IMG/VR virus record: IMGVR_UViG_3300018878_000142
Origin: an uncultured virus (IMG/VR IMGVR_UViG_3300018878_000142)
Taxonomy: Duplodnaviria; Heunggongvirae; Uroviricota; Caudoviricetes
Reading direction: 5' to 3' (one strand)
Length of the DNA stretch: 20,000 bases
In this document: piece by piece, positions 9,831 to 18,410 of the stretch
How positions within the stretch are numbered: the first letter of the stretch is position 1
How the letters are laid out: every line of letters begins with the position of its first letter
Position numbers and translations under genes: made by a program
Notes under the pieces: model-generated
Databases searched by the model: none
Told to the model about the DNA's origin: nothing
Seen by the model: the letters and a program-made list of their open reading frames with translations, nothing else

Positions 9831-12011
9831 ATGAGCGAAAAATATATAGAAAAAGAATTAAACGAGGCTTGGGATCCTAAAGAAATAGCAAAGCAAGATG
9901 CAGAGTTTGCATGGGAAACTGGTCATCCTATGGATCCAGCAGAATGGGAGAATGATGATAAGAAAAACATCATGACCGAATATGATTTCACAGAAGAGCA
10001 AGCAGAAGCATACAAAAATTTCTATTGGGATTATTATTATATCTGTATGGCTGGCGATCCATATAACGACGATGATGACTTAGATGAAAACTTAACCGAA
10101 ACAAAAGCAACAGGCGCTAGAGGTCGTTATCAAGTAGAAGTATTTGATGAAGGGGATTGGCACAAGTTAAATTGTTGGTCAACAATCGAAAAAGCTACTA
10201 AAGCTGGTGAAGCTGCTGTAGAAGCTGTTTATCAAGATTATAGAATCATTGATAAAGAAACTAATAACGAAGTTGAGCTCCAAGAGAAATTACATAAACC
10301 TACTATAGATACTTTAACAGATGATTTAAGAGAGTTAGCTAAAAAAGCTGATGCTGAGATTACTAGATCAGGTATCGAATGTATGGTCGCTGCTAAAGAT
10401 GGTTATGTTATTGCTATCCAAGCAGTTGATCCTACTAAAATGAAACAGGTAGATGAAATTGTAACAAAAGTAGCAGAAGACTTTGATTTTGTTCCTGATA
10501 TTGAAAGAAAAGAAAAACCTAACGGCACTGTACATCTTTATAGATTTAAGAAAGTACAAAAACTCGCTATTAAAGAGAATGTTATCGAAGAAGAATCTGA
10601 TGGCGATATCCCTTATACAAAAGAAGAAGTAGAAGCTGAATTAAAACGCGAAACTAATAATTGGGAAACTAAAGAAGATACTATTAGATATGGCTTCCAA
10701 AGTGAAAAAGATTTTGCTATGGAAATACTTTCTCAGCACTACGAATGTGAGTATAAAGGAAAAGAAGGTAGCGATTATGTTATCCACTTCTGGAAGGAAG
10801 ATCTAACAGAGACCTTCGATGATGAAGATTATGATGAAGATGAAGATTATGATGATTCCTATTATGAAGATTGGTATGAGGTCGGATTTGTTCTTGGTGA
10901 GGAAAATGATTCTTATGAATTTTTGTATGAATTCATAGATAGTGCTCCCACAGAAGACAGTGCAATAGAAATTGCGAAAAAAGCTAGAGATAGTTCAGAT
11001 TGGGAAAGTTATTCAGAATATGATATTGTTGTAATCCATGTAGAAGATTTTGGTGATGGCCCTAACATATATAATGGAGTGCATCAAGATGCATCCGATG
11101 GTGAAGTATATAGAATACCTGGAAAAGAATTGGATGAATCCATCGACACAGCAAGAACTAAAGCACAAAAATTAAGAAAGAACTCAGATACAGTGACAGA
11201 AGGCGTCTTTAATAGATTATTAGGTAGAAATATTGGCATCTTCAATAAACATAGTGGTGAAGGCCCAAAATACGCAATACTTGATCCAAAGAAAGAAAAC
11301 GAGTTTATTGAAAAGATAAAACATATAGATCCAAAGAATTGGGAAGTTTGCGAATACATCGAAAAGAATGGTAAAGTTATTAAAGGTAACCCTGTAGACA
11401 AATATAACAAAATTATGACTGATTATCAAGCTGGCATTAAGAAACAACTTGATGATATAAATGCAAAGAAAGCTCAACAAGCAAAAGATGCTGAAGAGCA
11501 AAGAAAGCAAGAATTAAAGAAACAACCGCACTTCTCAATTGATCCAAAAACAGGTGCAAAGAAATATAGAGATTTGGTTGATGAAGAAGATGCAATAGAT
11601 GCTCAAATAAATGAAGATGCTGCGGATATAGAAAAACCAAAGTATGAAGTAGGCTCTGAAAAAGTGTTCGCAGAAGATTCTGAAGAATATGCTCAACTAC
11701 AAAAAGCAGCAGATAAATTGACTGATTTGAGCGTTAAAAATTATAAATATTTTGTTGGCAACACTTATTTAGATTTCGGTTCAGGTTGGCAATGGACAAC
11801 CATTCTCGCTAAAAAGCCTAATGAAGTAGAATTTCAGGTATTAAGTCCATTATCGTGGAGAAATATTTTAAATGCTCAATCAGAAGAAGAGCTGGATGCT
11901 GCTATCGATCAATTAAGATCTGATGAGTACTTCCATGATAAAATCGAAACACCTAATGCTAGCTCAAGCGAAAGAGATATTTTCAATTATCTAAACTCAA
12001 TAGAAGATTAA
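9831..12011 (+). CDS. Large acidic mosaic protein (726 aa), candidate protease-processed internal head protein
   Basis: Uninterrupted ORF with GAGG upstream. Modules are separated by LNE, LDE/LTE, LQE, IKE, LTE, LDE, VTE and INE. Function is inferred. Confidence 0.75.
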   Translation: MSEKYIEKELNEAWDPKEIAKQDAEFAWETGHPMDPAEWENDDKKNIMTEYDFTEEQAEAYKNFYWDYYYICMAGDPYNDDDDLDENLTETKATGARGRYQVEVFDEGDWHKLNCWSTIEKATKAGEAAVEAVYQDYRIIDKETNNEVELQEKLHKPTIDTLTDDLRELAKKADAEITRSGIECMVAAKDGYVIAIQAVDPTKMKQVDEIVTKVAEDFDFVPDIERKEKPNGTVHLYRFKKVQKLAIKENVIEEESDGDIPYTKEEVEAELKRETNNWETKEDTIRYGFQSEKDFAMEILSQHYECEYKGKEGSDYVIHFWKEDLTETFDDEDYDEDEDYDDSYYEDWYEVGFVLGEENDSYEFLYEFIDSAPTEDSAIEIAKKARDSSDWESYSEYDIVVIHVEDFGDGPNIYNGVHQDASDGEVYRIPGKELDESIDTARTKAQKLRKNSDTVTEGVFNRLLGRNIGIFNKHSGEGPKYAILDPKKENEFIEKIKHIDPKNWEVCEYIEKNGKVIKGNPVDKYNKIMTDYQAGIKKQLDDINAKKAQQAKDAEEQRKQELKKQPHFSIDPKTGAKKYRDLVDEEDAIDAQINEDAADIEKPKYEVGSEKVFAEDSEEYAQLQKAADKLTDLSVKNYKYFVGNTYLDFGSGWQWTTILAKKPNEVEFQVLSPLSWRNILNAQSEEELDAAIDQLRSDEYFHDKIETPNASSSERDIFNYLNSIED
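10821..10856 (+). repeat. 18-bp tandem duplication encoding DEDYDE/DEDYDD
   Basis: GATGAAGATTATGATGAA then GATGAAGATTATGATGAT. Confidence 0.7.
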
Positions 12012-12053
12012 AACTAAATTTTTATTCTTTACTTAATAATTTTATGCTCTAAG

Positions 12054-12065
12054 GCTAAATTATAG
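12054..12065 (+). promoter_or_regulatory. Motif copy 3, variant GCTAAATTATAG
   Basis: Intergenic, 87 nt before ATG 12141; first 10 nt identical to the other copies. Confidence 0.6.
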
Positions 12066-12087
12066 TGTAAAGAAGATTCTCGATAAG

Positions 12088-12125
12088 AAAAGCGTATCTT
12101 ACTTTACGGATACGCTTTTTGCTTT
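12088..12125 (+). terminator. Intrinsic terminator-like hairpin
   Basis: AAAAGCGTATC (12088-12098) pairs with GATACGCTTTT (12109-12119), followed by a T-rich tail; A and T tracts on either side allow bidirectional function. Confidence 0.75.
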
Positions 12126-12140
12126 ATTATTGGAGTATTT

Positions 12141-14384
12141 ATGAAAGGTATAATAAATGAAGCTCTTAGCCCTCAAAAGCTTATTACAGGTGACAGATAC
12201 TTACAGTTTTTTGATGGTAAAGCTGCTAACATATATGCAGATAAAGAAGATAAAATTAAATATGCTTGCAAATTATTAAACATAAAAAACATATCAGATA
12301 TTCTAGTGTATTCTGTTGCTGATCCTGCTATGTATTCTCAGATAAGATTATATTTGAGTAAGGTGCAATCATCAGCAAACTTAGCAACTGTTGTGAAAAA
12401 GATTTTTAAGCAAGCAGTATCTATGAAATTTAAGGAAGTGGATTTAAGCAAACAAACAAAGAATGCTAAAGGAAAAGCTATGCTATGTCCAGCTTTTAAT
12501 TGTGTTGTTTTTCAAGATATGTTTGCTTTCAAAGATAGAGGATCTTTTACAAAATTTAGTGAATTTTTAGAAAGTAAATCTGTAAATACATCTACAATAG
12601 AAACTGATACAGTTTCTGATACAGCAGATACATCTGTAACTAGAGAAGAACGGGATGATTACGGAAATTTGAAAAAAGTAATCCACATTGAAAAAACTGA
12701 TGCTGGAAAATATTACGCTAAAGTTGCATAGATACCTGAAATTTCAAAACAAAGATTCGAATCACCAAAAGATGCTGAAAGTTATGCTAGAAAAGTTCTT
12801 GATAAGAATGGTTATAAATCTAAAGAATTTGCAGTAGATGGATCTTTTACAGCTGAAAAGAAAACAAATAGAAGTGTATCAGTAGATGGATCTGGAAATG
12901 TAACAGCATTTAATTTTAGTGTTACAAATGCTGATGGTGAAACTGAAACAATATCAGAAGATCCTAAAAATCTTGCTTTCATTATTGGTGGTAAGGTTTA
13001 TGGATATAACAAATATAAAGGTATGAACGCTAAACAGAAGAAGCAAGCTATCATAATTAAGAGATCTGGATTAGTTGGCTAGACTATTATAGAAAGTTTG
13101 CAAGATTTTGCTGATTTGGAAACCTATTTACCTGACTATATAGATATTATAGAAAATGGTGAGAAGTATATAATAAATAATAAAGAAACAAACGAAAAAG
13201 TTTCTGTTAACATATCTGGTAACGATAATGAAGATTGTCGCGAAATTATTTATTCTCTATATAAAATAACTGGAGGAAAATTAGATTTGAAAAACTTTAT
13301 TGACGAATTAAATGAGTGTGGAAATGAAAAAATTCTTGAAGCTAGTGATTCTAGTATCTCTGAGGTTAGCTTTATGACTGTACAGGATTTATTATCTGAC
13401 ATGATTGGAAATGTTCCAGAAAAGCAACTAGATGATGAGATGAAAAAATTTAAGAAATTTGCTAGAATACTGCATGTTAAAGATTTTGGTGATGTTTTAG
13501 TTATGGTAGATGAAGGTGAGAGAGATCCTTCTGAATTATTCCCTGATGGTAGATATCACGTAGTAAATGAAGAAACTGGTGAGCATGAAATCTATTTTGA
13601 TGAGCAAGGTATCGTCGCAGAATATACAAATGGTTTAATTTACATTTATTTTGCTAGCGAAGATATTATGAATAAATTTATTAAAGCATCTGATGAATTT
13701 TTAAGATCATTTGAAATCGAAGAAAATCCTTTTGTAGAAGAAATTTTAGAATTCGGTGATGTTATGTCTATAGAAGAATGCTTAAACATTTTAGATAAGA
13801 ATTCTAACAATAAATTTGATCTTCTTAATTGCTATTTAAGTGAGCATTTCACTACTGATGAAAAATGCAAAATAGCTGAAATGATTAAAGAAGGTTACTC
13901 AAAGGATTCTTTACAAAAATATCTCAAAGAAAAAATTGTAGATAAAGATTTTGTTTTAACCGAAGATCAGGATGAAGAAGAAATTTCAGAAGATGATATG
14001 ACTATCGAACAACTTCTTTTTGCTATGGTAGAAGATCAAGGTCAAGAATACGGCTCAGTATCTATATATGATAAAATGTCTCTAGATAAAGCTGTAGATT
14101 GGTTAACAACTCGCGGCTATGATTATGATATACAGCAAATAGAAGAAGATGGTTGGGAGTTATTCTGGGAAAAGAAACCTGATGCTTCTGAATATGGTTC
14201 TTCAAGTGATTCTATAAATAAAACAGTTGCTCAAAATATATTAAAATCTTTAAGAGATGTTCAAGAAATGCTTCATGATATTATGACTGAATCATCAGCA
14301 ACAAAATCAGCTGCTGATTATGATCAAGATATTCAAGAAAAGCTTCAAGCAGCTTTAGATGAAGCTAAGAAATTTGATTATTAA
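12141..14384 (+). CDS. Large mosaic protein (747 aa, TAG at 12729 and 13080): basic N-half, acidic C-half, internal duplicated motif
   Basis: The frame is open from 12732 to 13097 apart from one TAG, joining track ORFs 12141 and 13098. GGAG upstream; leader MKGIINE. Confidence 0.85.
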
Positions 14385-14399
14385 TTGGAGGCTTAGAAA

Positions 14400-14885
14400 A
14401 TGTTATTGAATGAAAATCTATTTAAAGAATGGGTTGATGATGGGTTTGATTGGGAACAAGTAGCATCTAAACAACTAGAAGATTCAGATGGATTCATGAC
14501 TGACTACACCTGGTACAAAAGAATTCTTCCTTCAAGTGAAGAACAACATATATTTATCTTCGGTGACTCTGACTTATATGGTCCAGATGATTCTCACGCT
14601 GATGCCGAATTTGATTCATATAAAGCAGCTGAAGATTGGTTTAATAGCTATAATGGATTCGCAGATGATTTAGATGAATCTGTAAATAAGAACGAAAAAA
14701 GTCAATATGTTTCTGGAAGATATGTTTATTTTAAATATAAGCAAGTAGAAGGTATGACTGCTGAGCAATTAGCTAAATCTATAGAAAAAGCTTATAGAGA
14801 AAAATTTAGAGATGAGATAAAAGTTACTCACATCGAAAAGCATTCTTATGATTTCTCAAATAAAGAAATTCCTTATATTGTTTAA
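14400..14885 (+). CDS. Acidic hypothetical protein (161 aa); probably the 5' part of a 280-codon gene interrupted by an in-frame TAA
   Basis: GGAGG upstream, leader MLLNENLFKE. The same frame stays open for 118 codons after TAA 14883-14885. Confidence 0.75.
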   Translation: MLLNENLFKEWVDDGFDWEQVASKQLEDSDGFMTDYTWYKRILPSSEEQHIFIFGDSDLYGPDDSHADAEFDSYKAAEDWFNSYNGFADDLDESVNKNEKSQYVSGRYVYFKYKQVEGMTAEQLAKSIEKAYREKFRDEIKVTHIEKHSYDFSNKEIPYIV

Positions 14886-15242
14886 GCTGATGGCGTTTAT
14901 GATGGTGAAGAAAAAATAAGAGGTTTCTGGGCTGTAATTAATTGCAACGAAGAAGAAGGAAAAAATCTTCCAGAAGATACTATTATTGAGTGTTTAAAAG
15001 AAGGCGCTGTCAAAGATATAGCTCTTGAAATTGAAGAAGCTGGTGGTAAAGATATTTGGCTAGCTGAAATGAAAAGAAAAATTGAAGATTGCAAAGATAT
15101 GCTAAAGTATCTCAAAGAAACTGCACCTAGAGAAATTAATAGGGGTGGTGCTTATGATTCTTATGCAGATATCCAGGAAGCGATAGATGAAATTACTGCA
15201 GCTCTTGACGAATTAGAAGCAAAATATTCTATTGCTGCATAA
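14886..15242 (+). pseudogene. Start-less in-frame continuation of the 14400 gene (118 codons)
   Basis: ADGVYDGEEKIRGFWAVINC...IIECLKEG...DIQEAIDEITAALDELEAKYSIAA then TAA. Codon style matches neighbours; the first ATG is at 15069 with no obvious SD. Confidence 0.6.
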
Positions 15243-15285
15243 GATATAAAAATTTTTATTTAGTGTTGTGTTACTTTTTATAACT

Positions 15286-15297
15286 GCTAAATTATTT
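15286..15297 (+). promoter_or_regulatory. Motif copy 4, GCTAAATTATTT
   Basis: Intergenic, 58 nt before ATG 15344; flanked by imperfect inverted repeats (TGTTG/CAACA, TTACTTT/AAAGTAA). Confidence 0.7.
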
Positions 15298-15343
15298 AGA
15301 TACAAAGTAAGTACCTAACAACATTAATGGGAGTGTAAAAATT

Positions 15344-16681
15344 ATGAAATTAAAGAAATATAAATCAATGCATGAAGCTGTTGAGGTTAGTGATATTGAT
15401 TATAGCACTATGGATCATGTCATGGCTGGTGCTTATAGAGAATCTGAAGAACTCAAGAAAAGAGCAGAAAAAGCTATGGAAGATAGAAAGCTTGAGATGC
15501 CTAACGAAGATATAGAAGCTCACAAAGATATTAAATCAGATGACATGAAAAAAATGCATTTATGCGAATCTTTCTTTGAAGAATTTATTTCCGATGAAGA
15601 CCTTACAGAAGCTACAATAACTGAAGCTGCTTATACAGATGAGCATATACAATACATAGAAGATTCTTATAAAGCTGTTTGTAAATATTATACATCTGTA
15701 GAAGCTGTAGTAGACGCTTTTAGATCAGAAGCTGAGCTTATGGATGCTTCAGAAGTTATTGATGATATTGCTATAACTCTTCGCGAAAAAATAGAATCAG
15801 TTTCAGAAAGTAAAAAAGAAGATTCTGAAGGTGAGCTTTTAACTGAGTATAAAAGACAGGAAGGATCTAAATTAGTTTATAAACAAAAGAGAGATTCTTT
15901 AGCAGAAATTATTCAAGTAGAATTAACAGAAGGCGAATGGGGTTATGTAGAAAACCCCGATGGTTCAACATCACCTACCCGATTACCTTCTGCTAACTAT
16001 TTAGATGACAAAATTGGCGTAGTCTTTGGAAGAGATGATTCTTGCTCAATTAGAATTTGGGCTAAAGATGAAGAAGCATTACAACCAGCTGTAGACATTG
16101 CTAAAAAATATGGAAAAGATTATAAAGTTGGTTCTGATAAATATGTTCAATCAGAAGATAAATTCTATTGCGATATCTTTTTGACAGAAGAAGATTGGGA
16201 AGGTCATTATTTTGATCCAAATGTTCCAGTAGCTAAGTCTGAAAAGCCTTCAAAGAAAAAAGTAGAAGAGCTTGAAGAAGATATTAAGGAAGATAATACA
16301 GATATCGAGACTAAAGAGGAATGTATCCATCCCAGCGAAGAAATTGAGGAATCTATCGAAGATGTCGAAAAGGAAATTCTTACAGAAGCTAGAATTTCAA
16401 CAGAAGGCCTAAGAAATTTCAGACCCTGGGATGGTGCAGTAAATACTTATCAAAGAATAGTAGAAGCTAAGAAATTAGATACTTTAGAATTTATGCTTGA
16501 AGATATGTATCCAAACGGGGTTGGTGCTAATGAGTTAAATGACATGCTTCAATTCGAATCTGATTGGATTTTAGAATCTTTAGGTTTAATTGAAAAAACT
16601 GATGATTCTGATGATGATATTTATGAAACAGTAATTGGCCCAGATGGTAATCCAATGAAAAAGCTTAAAGAAACAATTTAA
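15344..16681 (+). CDS. Acidic mosaic protein (445 aa), candidate prohead core/internal protein
   Basis: Uninterrupted ORF with GGGAG upstream. Dense MHE, LCE, LTE, ITE, VSE, LEE, IKE, IEE and LKE motifs; compact C-terminal module 'FRPWDGAV...EDMYPNG...ELNDML.F'. Confidence 0.75.
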   Translation: MKLKKYKSMHEAVEVSDIDYSTMDHVMAGAYRESEELKKRAEKAMEDRKLEMPNEDIEAHKDIKSDDMKKMHLCESFFEEFISDEDLTEATITEAAYTDEHIQYIEDSYKAVCKYYTSVEAVVDAFRSEAELMDASEVIDDIAITLREKIESVSESKKEDSEGELLTEYKRQEGSKLVYKQKRDSLAEIIQVELTEGEWGYVENPDGSTSPTRLPSANYLDDKIGVVFGRDDSCSIRIWAKDEEALQPAVDIAKKYGKDYKVGSDKYVQSEDKFYCDIFLTEEDWEGHYFDPNVPVAKSEKPSKKKVEELEEDIKEDNTDIETKEECIHPSEEIEESIEDVEKEILTEARISTEGLRNFRPWDGAVNTYQRIVEAKKLDTLEFMLEDMYPNGVGANELNDMLQFESDWILESLGLIEKTDDSDDDIYETVIGPDGNPMKKLKETI

Positions 16682-16692
16682 GCTGGAGGTAC

Positions 16693-17421
16693 ATGATGGG
16701 ATATTTAGATAGAAAAGCTAGAATAAAATTCTATGAAGAATTAAAAAAAGCTGGTAAAACAAAAATACAGCTTCAAGAAAATTTATTGAAAGAAGAAGCT
16801 GAAACTGTTCCAGTAGTTGTAGTAACTTCAGAAGAAGTTGCGCCTTGCTCTATTCCAGTAATGGATGAGTGCCCAGTTGTGGTGGAACCAAATAAAGAAA
16901 ACGATCCAGGTGAACCAAAATCTGTTCCAACAGAAGATATAGGAATAGCTGACATGCTCATATAGGCTATTACTGATGAGTATGCTACAATTGCTCAATA
17001 TAATTCTTTAGTAGCTATTTTAAATGACACAGGATATTCAGAGTTAGCAGCTGTTGTAAGTCATATAAACGAAGAAGAGCAAATCCATGTTGGTATGTTA
17101 CAACATGCTATGGAAGAAGTTTCAAAGCAAGCTAAAAAAGTTGAAGATGGTAAGCAAGAAGCTGAGCAAATAATTTCAGGCGAACCTATTGTAGAAGAAC
17201 CTGTTGTAATAGAAGTTGCGCCAAAGGTTGCTGAGCAACCTTTAGAAGAAGCAGTAAAAGAAGATAAAATAGAAGAAGCTCAAGCTTTAGTTGATGCAGC
17301 TATTAAATGCTTTGGAAGAATTGGCGGTGGCTTATATGATGACTTAGATGAAATGGGTCTATATGTAGCAGAAGAAGATGGAAATTATATTGTAAAAAAG
17401 AAAGTTCCAGACGCTGAATAA
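16693..17421 (+). CDS. Protein with a half-ferritin (two-helix ferritin-like) domain between Glu/Pro/Val-rich linkers (242 aa, TAG at 16963)
   Basis: 'MLI(TAG)AITDEYATIAQYNSL...VVSHINEEEQIHVGML' gives the E...Y helix and ExxH helix of the ferritin-like superfamily. GGAGGT upstream. Confidence 0.78.
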
Positions 17422-17439
17422 GTCTTCGGGAGGTTTTAT

Positions 17440-17841
17440 ATGAAAATTTTATTAGTGGAAGATTTTTCAGAAGAATTTGATTTTTCAGAAGAATTAGAAT
17501 ACTACGCAGATGATGTTGTAGATGACGAAGATTCTGGAAAAGTTTCTGGATCAGTTTATGTACAGATAGATTCAGACGAAGTTTTAACATTCTTTTGGGA
17601 ACATGCTGACATAGATATAGATAAACATCCAGAATTAGAAGATGATTTAAACTGGAAAAAATATGTAAAAGAAAATTACGAAGAGCTTTGGGAAAATCTA
17701 GGTGAAGCTTTATAGGATTATTATAAAGATAGAGCTAGAGATAAAGTCTATGATAATTGGGATAATTATGCTATAGAAGACGAATCACCCTATGATGACC
17801 GAGCAGAGCTTCTGAGAGATTATTACAGAAACGTATTATAA
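17440..17841 (+). CDS. Acidic hypothetical protein (133 aa, TAG at 17713)
   Basis: GGGAGGT upstream, leader MKILLVE. Read-through ends at TAA 17839-17841, 4 nt before a hairpin. Confidence 0.83.
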
Positions 17842-17845
17842 AAAT

Positions 17846-17883
17846 AATAGGTCGCCATGAGGTAATTCTTAAGGCGACCTATT
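17846..17883 (+). terminator. Terminator-like hairpin
   Basis: AATAGGTCGCC (17846-17856) pairs with GGCGACCTATT (17873-17883), directly after the re-called stop. The U-tract is weak. Confidence 0.7.
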
Positions 17884-17925
17884 CGAATAAATTAAAAATA
17901 ATCTAGAATGATACATAAAATAATT

Positions 17926-17937
17926 GCTAAATTATTT
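17926..17937 (+). promoter_or_regulatory. Motif copy 5, GCTAAATTATTT
   Basis: Intergenic, 46 nt before ATG 17972; overlaps the inverted repeat AATTGCT/AGCAATT. Confidence 0.7.
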
Positions 17938-17971
17938 GTGAAAAGCAATTCTGGATTTTTATGAGGTGACT

Positions 17972-18397
17972 ATGTTTGAAACTTATCACAACATTCCAAC
18001 TTCATATATACCTAATAACATGAGAGCTGAAGTCAATGAGTATAAAACACCTTTAGCAGAATATAATATAAAAGGTGATTTTATTGGTTACTCATGGAAT
18101 TGTGGTGATTCTATTGTTTTAGAGTTCACTACTGAGGGTGATGTTACATATAAAGATTTAGAATTTTACGAAGATGCTGAGACCTATTTATCTGGTAAAT
18201 TAATGACTTTATCTATATATAATTTTAGACATGAAGTCATGTATACGCAATCATTACCAGCTGCTACTGTTGTTAAGTTTTATATAAATGGACAATTAGT
18301 AGAAGGTGTTTATAGCTGCGAATTAGTTTTAACAGATTCTAATGATACTATTTAGACTTTAGTTTCATCAGATGATTATAAATTAATAATTAAGTGA
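17972..18397 (+). CDS. Beta-rich, probably Ig-like virion accessory protein (141 aa, TAG at 18353)
   Basis: GAGGTG SD favours ATG 17972 over GTG 17966. Pattern 'GDSIVLEF...EGVYSCELVL...TIQTLV...KLIIK'; TGA at 18395-18397. Fold is inferred. Confidence 0.7.
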
Positions 18398-18410
18398 GGA
18401 GAAAAGGTTA

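Noticed and set aside
15344..16681. Calling this or neighbouring acidic proteins the major capsid, scaffold or a named T4 gene
   Set aside because: No recognisable family-level sequence signature; only composition and cleavage-like motifs support a head association.
4338..17590. Minus-strand ORFs in the track (4338, 10368, 11084, 11220, 11437, 14897, 16773, 17303)
   Set aside because: All lie antisense to well-supported + strand frames and have the Ser/Phe/Leu-rich composition of shadow ORFs.
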